A stretch of DNA of 64,000 nucleotides from Lama glama (Eukaryota). The stretch covers positions 6,202,001 to 6,266,000 of the forward strand of contig CM052832.1 in the NCBI GenBank assembly GCA_028534125.1, given 5' to 3'. Below, in pieces: positions 1 through 10,625 of this stretch (its first letter is position 1; the number at the start of each line of letters is the position of its first letter). Made by a program: the position numbers and the translations under genes. A model generated the notes under the pieces. The model searched no databases. It saw only the letters and a program-made list of their open reading frames with translations, and was not told where the DNA came from.

Positions 1-1044
1 GAGTGCCTTTCCCAATACGGCCCCATTACTGGGTCTGAGGCCAGCGTTTCAGAAGTCCTCAGCTGCGCATCTTCAGGCTTGAGGGCACAGAGGCTGGTGT
101 CACCTGCCCTGGCTTGTCTGTGAGACTCACAGCGGTGCACTGTTTTCGCTTTTCTCTTTTGTCCTTTGAACATGTACGGATGCAACTGTTGCCTAATCCC
201 TGAAAGCAATGTTTCCCTGACTTCTCATGTGTGTGATGAGACTTCCCTCAGCTCTTTAGATGTTACTTCTGTTTTTGTTTTTCTCATTAATTGTAAACAT
301 TAAGAGAAGCCAAAGGGCTAGTTCCTTCTCATATCCATTCGAACAGAGGATGTGTTTCTCCTGTACTCAAATCAAATCAAACTCTGTTCCTAAAGGGTAA
401 GCTGGTTTGAGAACTGCTGATAACCATACAGTTATGCTCTTGGGCGTGACTGATTTTGACTCCAATGGTCACTCATTAAATTGTTTGTTGGTGACTCAAC
501 TATTAGATCATACATCCCTCTGGCTCCCCCAATTTACTGCTTTTGGCCTTAACTCTACAGCTGATCTGTGTGACTCTGATAAGTTATTGAACTTCTTAGT
601 CCTAGAGTGTAAAGTGAGGATGATAATGGTACCTACCCTTAGGGCCATTGTAGGATTGAGCAGGGCACCCATGTAAAGTACACAACGTATAGTCAGCACC
701 CACAAGGGTTAGCGCTCATCACTCATCGCCCACTTTCCCTCTTGCATCGAGCACGTGGAGGCATTTCTGCCTCAAAGGGCGGAGACTAGCTCAGTAATAT
801 GCCTCTTTTTCTCTTGCTCGTGGCTTTGACTGCTTCAGGCTACATCCTCCCCAATCACCAGATCTGCTTCTTTGGAAACAGTCCTGCCCTCAGCCACTTA
901 AGCACTAGGGACCTTAAACAGCTTTTCTGTTTTCTTCTCAGTTCTGTTCTTCTCCCCCTGCTTTCCCACATCTTCCTTCTTCCTTTTCACTCCCCCAGTC
1001 CCTTTCCCTTTTCAACGTGACCCTGCTTCTTCCTCTGTCTTTCT

Positions 1045-1480
1045 CTTAGTTAGGGTACGTGATAAGCTGATGTAACAAAAAGGCCCCCAGGTTGATGTGG
1101 CTTAAAAGAAGGGTAAAGAGTTTGTTTTACCCTTTGAACTGGTCCAGAAGCAGTGGTGTAAGGGGTCTGCTCTCGACTAGGCCACTGGAAGGTCCAGATT
1201 CCCTCCTCCATGTGGTTCTCCCATCTCCTGCGATACAGGGCTCACCTGCATGGTTGAAACCAGCTCACTCTGCATTTACATCTTCCAGCCTGAGGAAGTG
1301 GGGGCAGAGGACATGGAGGGCAAACAGATCCCTCTTTAGAAAAATGTATTCTGGAAGTTGGCACATTGGCCAACACTTAGCCACGTGGCCATGCTGAGGT
1401 ACGAGAGAACCTGGGGGACTACGTGCTCTGCAAAAACCCAGAGGAGCTCTGAGTCCTACTCCTAAAAGGAAGAAGGGGGA
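1045..1480. mobile_element. MaLR (MLT1-type) LTR relic
   Basis: MLT1-like segments 'agttagggta...gctgatgtaacaaa...gtggcttaaa' and 'cacattggccaacacttagccacgtggcca'; boundaries approximate. Confidence 0.6.
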
Positions 1481-2640
1481 AATGGGAGACAATTCTTCTT
1501 TTTGCCAAAACTTTAGGTCTGTTAGTGAAACCCACAGGGCATGGAATTTAAGGCTATAGTAGCATGATTCCCAAACTTTGCAGCAACTGAACATGTTCTC
1601 TCTTCCTCCTGCCTGAAATGCTCCCATCACGAAGCTCCTCATCTTTGTCTGGTCACCCTCGTGTGAGGTTTCTGTGCCTAGATCTGAAGCACTCCTGCCA
1701 CACTCAGGCCTGGTGAATCCAAGAAGGGAGGAGAAGAGGCAGTGGCCTGCAGTGTTCCCCACCCAGCCCTCGCCCTTCCTTCTGTGCCTGTTTCTGGCTT
1801 TCTCATTGCTTTTTTCTGGGCAGGTGGCCTCTGACACCCTGGCAGTGAGAGGAGTTTCCCATAAGCCCACTGGTCTGGGCAGGTCACAGCAGGGCTGGGA
1901 TAGCATCAGTCTTAACAAGGCAACTCTCCTGACTGCAAACAAGCGTACTTCTAGGGACAGCAGAGGGGAAGAGGGTGTGGGTTAGGCCGGAGAGTGTTTC
2001 ACTGAGGAACTGTGATAATCCTTTAGGAATTCATAGGTGGCAAGCAACTCAATTTAGTTCACTTAAATAGATTTTATTAGGTGGATATCAACGTACTCAC
2101 AAGGGTTCCCCTCCGCCCTCTTTATGATCATGCCAAAATATGTCACTCAGTCACGCTAATTCTTTAGCTTATGCTCCGTGGGAAACATCATTTTAAGAGG
2201 GAAATGGTATGTTAAATGACCTTTGTTTATTGCTCTATTTGTGTCAAGCCCCAGAGTGATTCATATGGTTATGCAATCATAAAGTAATTGTGATGTCACC
2301 ACACTGCTGATGTCTGAGGAGTGACCTCTCCTCGCCCACTGTCGACATCCATGTTATGGATTCTCAACTTTCCTTTTAGTCTTAATCTTTGATCTCGGGC
2401 TAGAAAGTTATTTTGTCATGAAATCAAATGAGAGCCTCAAATTGAATGCTTTATCTTTTTTGTATTCTAATTTAATAACATAGACATACTTTTTTCTTAT
2501 CATGAAATAGCTACTTACATATTTCTTCAATCCAATGAAGTTCATGAAACAGGCATTGCAAAAAGATTTTCTTAAATTTTCAGTTACTTATATAGTATAA
2601 TGACTTGCTTTCTAAGTAAATGAAGCTTACATTTGATCCT

Positions 2641-3013
2641 GGTGAATGGACCTAGAGGTTATCATACTAAGTGAAGTCAGACAGAGAAAGATGAATATTA
2701 TATGATAGCACTTAAATGTGGAATCTAAAAAAATAATACAAGACAGAAACAGACTCACAGACATAGAAAACAAATTTATGGTTACCAAAGGGGAAGGGGG
2801 AAGGGATAAATTAAAAGTATGGGATTAACAGATACACACTACTATATATAAAGTTGACAAACAACAAAGCTTTACTGTATAGCACATGGAACTATATTCA
2901 ATATTTTGTAATAAGATATAATGGGAAGAATCTGAAAAAGAGTATATATATATTTATTAACAAAATCACTTAACACAATACTGTAAATCAACTCTACTTC
3001 AATTTAAAAAAAA
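2641..3013 (+). mobile_element. 5'-truncated L1 (cetartiodactyl-type 3' end)
   Basis: L1 3' motifs (atggacctagag...agtgaagtcagacagagaaag; aactatattcaata; tacttcaat + A tail); TGATCCT repeated at 2634-2640 and 3016-3022. Confidence 0.9.
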
Positions 3014-3129
3014 TATGATCCTAAAAGAACACAGTTGAGAAGGAAAATTGTATCATCTGCCACAGTGACCTTGGTTTCCTTCCTCCCGAACTCAAAATTT
3101 TTATCAAACATTTGAAAGAAATCTTAAGT

Positions 3130-3700
3130 GGCCTGATTATTAATTTGGGAATAACACAAAGTTGGGAAGGATGGATTCTAAGAAGTCAGAATCTGGAGTC
3201 AAAGAGGTCTCCATAAGTGAGATTGGTAGGCATCTACAATCTATACCATATAGTTTAACATGGGTAAATTTTTGCCTTTAGTCAGACAAAAGCAAAACAA
3301 AACAATCCAAACAACTAAATAAGTATAAAAGAATTTGTTTGGGAAAGATAAATGGAAAATAACTAACCAAAAGGCAATATAAGTCAGTTGTGACCACCAC
3401 GCTGCTGCTAAAAATCTAAAGTGGTCTTAGGTTGCACTAAGGGAAAAACGTGGCCAGCACAAGGTGGATGACAGGTCTGTTAACTTTTTTTGGATCATAC
3501 TGCATTTAGAGACTTTTCTATAATTCTATATGTTACATTTTCAGAGGCACAGTGGCAAACTAGAACGTATTCAGAGGAGAATCAGTGTTGAGGGTTTTGG
3601 AAATAATCATGTACAAAAACACTTGATGGAACTGGTGACTGTTCTACTGAAAACAGGTGGCTTTGGGGAGACTTGAGAACTACTCTCAAATCCTCAGATT
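3130..3700 (+). mobile_element. Ancient L3/CR1 LINE fragment (RT region)
   Basis: 'tttgggaataacacaaagttggga' reads FGNNTKLG, a decayed CR1 FADDTKLG; downstream 'aaactagaacgtattcagaggaga' resembles CR1 KLERVQRR. Confidence 0.65.
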
Positions 3701-3969
3701 AGCTGAGAACGCAGCGCTGACCTTGGGAGAGGGATCCTGTGACAAAAAGAGTACCACCTCCCTGACCTTAAGTGTTCAGAGTTTTATTTATCTGATGAGA
3801 CTCCTCCTTTTTGGATTCAGAACAAAGGTCTAAACATCCTCTAAAATGACTCCACGAGTCTGCTCTCGTCATTCCCACACCCTCTCCTTTCTTTGGTTCC
3901 TGATTTGCTTACTCCATCAGAGGTGAAACCTCAATCATCCAGCCTCAAAACCACAAAGTCCATATACGT

Positions 3970-3972
<3 letters not shown>

Positions 3973-4006
<34 letters not shown>
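3973..4006. repeat. (AC)17 microsatellite
   Basis: Read directly. Confidence 0.97.
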
Positions 4007-4010
<4 letters not shown>

Positions 4011-5021
4011 CTTCAGCTCATTCTTAGTCCTGAGATACAACCGATTTTGTCCATCACACACAGTGGCCTGGCCCATCCCAGGGACATTGACCAGAAATTT
4101 GTGGTTTCTATATATGTGGCAATGGTGGATGTGTTATCAAAGGCGTCTATTAAATGCAAATCAGAGATTCTTCACATATGAGGGAGGGAAGGGAAATTTT
4201 AAGGAGCAGCTCCCCGTTTCTGATTTTCTGACTCTGCATCAGGATGTACAACCTTGAAAGCTTCCTCCTGGAAAGGGTCTGGCAGACGTTTAAGGGAAAT
4301 CACATTCCCAAAGCCACGAGTGTATCCCATGATTTGAGTGTAGCTCCTGAGAGCCGGGGGGATGGCTTGGATGATCCCTAGAGTCCTCCCCAGCCGGAGA
4401 GATGTGACTTGTGCCTTGTGACGTCCTGGCGTGGAGAACAGCTGCAGATTTGACAGGAAATTGTAGAAGATGGGAATTCACCATGAGACGAAATGTCTTT
4501 GTTGTTCTCAGCCTCCTGGGTCTTCAGGGCTCAGGGCCAAAATGTTGGAGACTGGGAAACGCAGGGGAATGTCTGTACCTCCATTTTTTTTTTTCCAGAT
4601 GGAGACGTAGATAATCAGCTTCTAACATCTGTATTATGAAAAGTTTTCCTCCACTAATCTTGCGGGTTGAGAGTGGAGCCAGAGGTCACCAGGTACTTCA
4701 TTTCTTCCTCTAAGGGCTGAGGTACAGCCCAGGGCATCCAAAAGAGCAGAGAGTTGGCTTCAGGGACATCTGAAGGTCTCTCCCTCGCCTTTATAGGTGG
4801 TCTACCTGGAGCATCTCAGCCGGAAGTTAGCTTTTTAATAGGTCTGGTGAACTGGGGGCCGGCTTCCACATCTCCTTAATGGCCTGCAGACGTTTAAGGA
4901 AAATCACATTCCCAAAGCTGTTAGAAGGCCTGGCAGGAAACTCTGGGAGCTGGGGACATGGGTGATCCCTTATTCTTGCTTCCTGCCCACCCAGTTCATA
5001 GTTCTGGGATGTAGGGTCCAA

Positions 5022-5279
5022 GTTGTGGAGTCTGAGGACTCCTGGGTAACGTTGTGGAGTGTGGGGAATCCTGGGTAACATTGTGGAGTCTGGGGAATTC
5101 TGGGTAATGTTGTGGAGTCTGGGGAATTCTGGGTAACTGAGGTCTGGGGAATCCTGGGTAATGTGGAGTCTGGGGAATCCTGGGTAACGTGGAGTCTGGG
5201 GAATCCTGGATAATGTTGTGGAGTCTGGGGAATCCTGGCTAGTGTTGTGGAGTCTGGAGAATTCTGGGTAATGTTGCAG
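5022..5279. repeat. Minisatellite, 9 units of 25-29 bp, consensus GTTGTGGAGTCTGGGGAATCCTGGGTAAY
   Basis: Units start at 5022, 5051, 5080, 5109, 5138, 5163, 5189, 5215, 5244. Confidence 0.97.
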
Positions 5280-5869
5280 AACACAAACTGCTCCGTCCTC
5301 CTCTTCCCGCCTCCGATTTCTGCTTCCGATTACCACGTTTTGAGAACCTCTCCCCAGCTGGTGTGGGGAGTCTTCAGGGACACTCCTCCACTCAGCCCCA
5401 TCCCACTGCTGACGGTGTGCTTTTCAGGATCTGTCAGGAAGGGCAGGTAAAGCCCTCGGACCCCTTGGCTCTGGGGAGTCTGATTGGAGCAGCAGGTCAG
5501 TCACACCGGAAGGTCCTGATGACCTCTTACGGGATGTTCACGAGGTCACGTCTCCTTCTTGGAGGTCCTTCCCACTGCATCTGGTTGTTCACTGGTGGGA
5601 AATTCTTGGTGGGACCAGAAGTCAGTTTTTCCCTCTGTTATGTTGCCAGAGTCCTCTTTCTATCCAGCATTATGGGCTCTGGCTTTTGTGGGGGTTTTGT
5701 TTGTTTGTTTTGGCTTTTTGTTTGTTTTTTTTTTGCCATTTCTACTGTTTGATCAGAAAAAAAAATTTAGCATATCTATTAATAACATTGTTTCAGTTTC
5801 TAGTTTCTAAAAAGAGACAGATGTTATTGGTGCCCTGTTCATATTGGCATGCATGTCAACCCTATTTTT

Positions 5870-6020
5870 TTTAAAAGCTTTTTTGAGATGTAGTTGCAAT
5901 TTTAAAAAAACTGCGTATATTCAATGTATATAATTGATGGGTATGAACATATACATACACCTGTGAAATCGTCACCACAGTCAAGATAATAAACATTCCG
6001 TCACCTCCAGAAGTTTCCTC
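5870..6020 (-). mobile_element. Old L1 (L1M) 3' end fragment
   Basis: 'agcttttttgagatgtagtt...acacctgtgaaatcgtcaccacagtcaagataataaacattcc' is typical antisense L1M 3'UTR. Confidence 0.7.
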
Positions 6021-8635
6021 CTGTAGGGATTCTGACTTTGGATTAGGACTCTTATGGCAATAATAATAATAATTATTATTATTATTCTGTATTGTGTGCT
6101 TGCCTGGGACCAGTGAGTGGGCTGTCTGTTGTGATTATCCTCACAACGATGCTGTGAGTAACATGCTATGAATAGCCTCAATTTTCTGAGGCTTAGGTAG
6201 GGCAAGGCACTTTCCTAGAGTCACATAGCCACAAAATAACAAAACAAAGAAGGACCAGGTTATCTTCCTTTTAATTATTCCTCCACCAAAAAAAGCCAGA
6301 AAACAAAACCCCTGTTCTCCTGATCTTGCCTCTAAGGCTCAGCTCTGAACACACTAGCTATGATGAACTCTCCTACAGAAGCTCCTTGAAATTTTGAGAA
6401 GCAGAAGAGGATAATTTTTTTCTTAAGCAACTTAAAAAATGTCCCTCATCTCATAATTTGTTGAAGAAAAGGTAAGATATTCAGCAAGTTAGAAGAAAGG
6501 AAGGAAGGGAAGAAGGGAGGAAGGAAGAAAGACAAGATGTCAACACTATACCACTAATATTTTGCAGGGTTTTTTTGCTGTGGATTTATCTAAGGCCTAA
6601 TGTTTGAAAGATAAAGATTCAAGCAAAAATGTAAAAACTTGAAACTCAAATAGCTTCCCTAACCTGGCTGAGCGTGGATAGCTTGTTTAGAGATTCCAGT
6701 GGGGGCAAAGGTCAACAGGTTATAAAGGACGAAGATTAGAAAATGTGTGTGAAATAGAAAGGAAAGGAGGGTCAGGATTTGGAATTCTGCAGGCTGGTCT
6801 TCTCCGGCTCAGGACTGAGGGTGGCAGAATGTGCTGGAAGCGGAGGGCGGCTCTGGAATGCAGGTGGGGTCCCGCAGCTGGAGTCTGCCTCGGAGCCCCT
6901 TCCTAGGGTTTTCAGGGTCTTGGAGCTCTGATTAGGTCACCTGGGCAAAAATAGGGGATATGGGTTGTGTTTCTGTCAGTGACAGAGGGAAGAGTAATTT
7001 AGAAAGTTTGAAAGAGTGTAATTAGGGGAGAAAAGTCAAGATAGAAGAGAAAATCTTGATAGTAAGTCATTGGCCTCCAGCCTTTCCACAATCGTCCTTA
7101 GCAGCGCAGTGTGGGGGTGAGAGGACAAAGGAGCTGGTAGGACTGTTGTGGGCTTTTTTCTTTCTTACATATTTTGCTCAATACCCCTTGTCTGAGAGAT
7201 TTTCACATCCCAGTGTAGACCTTAATAGACAGATCATTTTAGCATTTGATTATCTCCTATAATTTGTGTTATAAAATTCCTGTGGAAGATAGGAAAATCC
7301 ATTTCTTCAATTTTCAGTAAATCTAAATTCACTTGCACCTAAAAACAATTTTTGAGAGCTCTTCTGTTTCCACCGCCATGATAGAAACTTGCGCAGGATT
7401 CTAAGAAAGCATACAACTTAATTTTGACTTCAAAAGAGATAATTAAGGATACAAGATGTAGATACATAAAACAATAACGGGAAGTATTCTAAGTCTCATA
7501 ATTGCCAAGAATGGTTGTGCTACAGCCAAGAGACATTTATGTGTCAGGACGTCGAGTTTGATGATTCCATGACCCATGTTTTTCAAACTGTGGGGCCCAA
7601 CCCCTTTGGTGGGTGGTAAAACTGAGTGGATTGTGTCCTCCACTTAAAAAATATAGTAGAAAATGCCGTCACCTGCATGTTGGAAGCTTATGCATTTCAT
7701 GAGCACTTTTTAAAGTTAAAAACACACACACTCAAGTGTATGGGATGGGTTTCATAATAAAATGTATTTCTTCTCATGAATTCAATCAAATGAGTCTCAA
7801 AGATGCCCTATGTGCCAAAGTAATCTCCAACCTAGATCTTTATTACCATTTATTAAATGCCTAAAATTTTCCAGGCCCATTAATGATAATACTTTAGAAG
7901 ACTTTTCAGAAAATGGCAATGACAGCAATCCTGGTATGTGAGTCAGCCTCGCTCACTGTCCACGATGACACCAGCCAACATGTACTGAACGTTATTAGTG
8001 TGTTGGGAACTGGGCTAAATATTTTTCATACATTATCTAATCTACTTCTCATAACAACTGTATGAAGAGGCTACTATTATTCTTCCTGTTTTTCAGATGA
8101 TAAAGCAGAGGTTTCAACAGCTACAGTAGTGTGCCCCGGGTCACTCTGAGAACTCTGCAATATCTGAGTCCAGAGACAAAGCATTGCACCACCATACCGC
8201 ACTGGTGTTTTCGAGAACAGATCCCTCATGGAAAGCTCTGTGATTTGTTAAAACCTTCTTTTGTGTTGTAACTCTTCCAGAATGTTCCTCAGTTAGCCCT
8301 ATGATAATCCAATCCCCTTTGGTCCCTACAGAAGGCTGATAAAGGGAGTTTCTATGGTTCTGGGTGTGCAGGGTGGGGTGATACTGGAGGAAGTTGGTTT
8401 CTGATCTGATTCTGAGAAACCTGTTCTGACCTCCTCCCACGGACTCTGTCCTAACTGGCCCAGACGCTGAGCTTCTGGGGCAAACCTGCCTCCTCCCTGA
8501 ACAGTGGGCATTCTCCTCATTCCTCCATCCGCCCAGAACGCAGTTCCTTCCCCACCAGAAAACAACAGCAGCAGGACCTACGAGGGATCCTCAATTTGGG
8601 AGTCCTTAGAACAAGAATGAATCTCGCTAGGTCAG

Positions 8636-8792
8636 ACATCAGCAAACTTTTTCAACAAAGGACCAGATAGCAAATATTTGGGAGCCATATAGTCTTTGCC
8701 ACAACTCTTCAATTTAGCCATTTAAGTGAGTGGACAATACTTAAATGAATGTGGCTGAATTTGGCCTGTGGGCTGTGGTTTGCCATTCCCTG
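8636..8792. mobile_element. MER58-like hAT relic
   Basis: 'tcagcaaacttttt...aaaggaccagatagcaaatattt' and 'atttggcctgtgggctgtggtttgcca' termini. Confidence 0.7.
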
Positions 8793-9934
8793 TTCAAGAG
8801 CCAAAAACTGCATCTTCTCTAATGGCCTGTTCAGGGAAAGGAAGGCATAACTTCTCTCTTTCTCTCTTTCTTTCTTTCCCTCCCTCCTTCTCCCTCCCCT
8901 TTTTTCTCCCCTCCTCCTCCTCCTCTTCCTCCCTCTCCCTTCTCTTTCTTTTTTGTATTAACAACCTCCTGCTACTTTCTAAGACGATACATCCTAGGAG
9001 GCAGAGGGTCCTTTTCCACCTAAGTATCAGCTTGAAGGAATGGAAGGTGAACTCAATTGCTCTGTCTAGGAAAGGAAACCCGGGGAAGCTGAGAGGAAGA
9101 TCTGGGCGTGGGCAGGCTGGTGCCAAGGGAAATGTGTCAGAAGGAAGGCTAGGGTTGCAGTGGGGACAATGATGGTGAGAGCTGTGCGGGAGCAAGGTGA
9201 CAAGCCTCTTCCATCTCCTCTTTGGAATCTTCAGGAACATCTTCAGCCTAATACATTGTGGGGCTGAGTTTTTATTCTTTGGGTAGATAAAGAAGCAAGA
9301 TGGCCCAGGGTGAAGATGGATCTCCCCACCATGACATAGTCAGTATGTGCTTTATTCTCTTTCCCTTTCACAAGCACACACTTCCTCAAACATACATTGA
9401 ATATATACGTTATCTGTATTTATGGAAATGTTTTCCTTATATAGATACGTAATGTACAACAAAACACACCAATATCTTAACAGTTGTTTAATTCCACATG
9501 GTGGAAGTACCAGTCATTTTTATTTTTAATGCTCATTTTTTTTGTATTTTCTGAATCAAAGGAACATGTATTAATTTTACCCCCAGAAAAAAATTAAAGC
9601 AAATAGCCCTTTATCAGTTATTTTCATCTAAGTGTTTATGTAAAGGGAGAAGAAAGGGAGAAAGACTTTTGAGGACACTCAGTACTTGACAGGAGCTGAA
9701 GCAGATGCTGGAAGATGATGCTGGGGTCCCAGATCTCCCATACTCTGTCTTTACTGAGGATGGTTGGACAAGAACATCAGAAAAGCATAAATATAGCATT
9801 GCACTTCCTTTCTGAAATCCCTCAGGGGAAAGACGTGGAGAGAGGGTTGGAGTGTTGGATGATGAGACACTTTCCCACGTTCTGGGTTCAGAAAGAGAGG
9901 AGAGGTTGCTTTAAACATCAGAAGGTTGGGGTCA

Positions 9935-10143
9935 GGGAGGGATAGATTGGGAGTGTGGGATTAGCAGATACAAACTACTTACAGGATAGATCAACACCAA
10001 GGACCTACCCTATAGCACAGAGAACTATATTCAGTACCTTGTAATAATAACCTATAATAATATATGTATGTGTAACTGAATCATTGAGCTGTATACCAGA
10101 AACTAACACAACATTGTAAATTAACTAAACTTCAATAAAAAAA
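9935..10143 (+). mobile_element. 5'-truncated L1 3'UTR
   Basis: 'ggagggatagattgggagt...agcagatacaaactac...acacaacattgtaaattaac...cttcaataaaaaaa'; imperfect AGAAGGT(T)GGGG flanks. Confidence 0.88.
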
Positions 10144-10496
10144 GAAGAAGGTGGGGAAGTGGATATTTAAAATGAGTTCCTTCTGCATTTTGTTTTCCCT
10201 CAGAATACTATAATCATACTTCTACGTCCCCCCACCTACGCTGATTCCAGGCAGGCTAATTCTCTAAACCTCAAATTGACATTGTATTATACAGACTTTG
10301 TTTCAGGTGGTTTTTGTTTGTTTTTTTTGAGGAGAGGTGAAGATGTTAAATGAGAAGAAATAAGGAGAAAAGCAGAGGACAGACAGAGGGCCTGGGGCCC
10401 TTCGTCCAGCACAACGAACACTTAGGAAGTACTTCCTTGAGGCGTGATGGCAGATCAGAGAACAAGGCTGAACCCTGCCCTTCAGGATCCCTATCA

Positions 10497-10625
10497 CAAC
10501 AGTTCTCATCCTGGAGGACATTAGAATCATCTGGGGGCCAGTTGAAAAATGCCACGTCAGAGCCCCACCCCAGCCCACCCAATCAGAATCTCAGGCGTAG
10601 GATCTGAGCATCAGTGTTAAATCAT
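10497..10625. mobile_element. MER5-like hAT-Charlie relic
   Basis: 'cagttctca...cattagaatcatctgggg...ccccacccc...aatcagaatct'. Confidence 0.65.

Noticed and set aside
1265..1942. Longest ORF in the track (225 aa, minus), and similar ORFs at 17587, 30078 and 55266
   Set aside because: No recognisable domain or splice structure; they overlap LTR relics or lie antisense to real exons, as expected by chance in GC-richer DNA.
5022..5279. CRISPR-like array
   Set aside because: Units are contiguous with no unique spacers, there are no cas genes, and the context is mammalian.
4827..5336. 169-aa and 104-aa minus-strand ORFs with repeated peptides (TQDSPDSTTLPRIPQ)
   Set aside because: Translation of the minisatellite; unit lengths are not multiples of 3, so the frames simply cycle.
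8851..8955. Long pyrimidine tract (possible H-DNA or splice acceptor)
   Set aside because: Ordinary low-complexity CT-rich repeat with no supported downstream exon.
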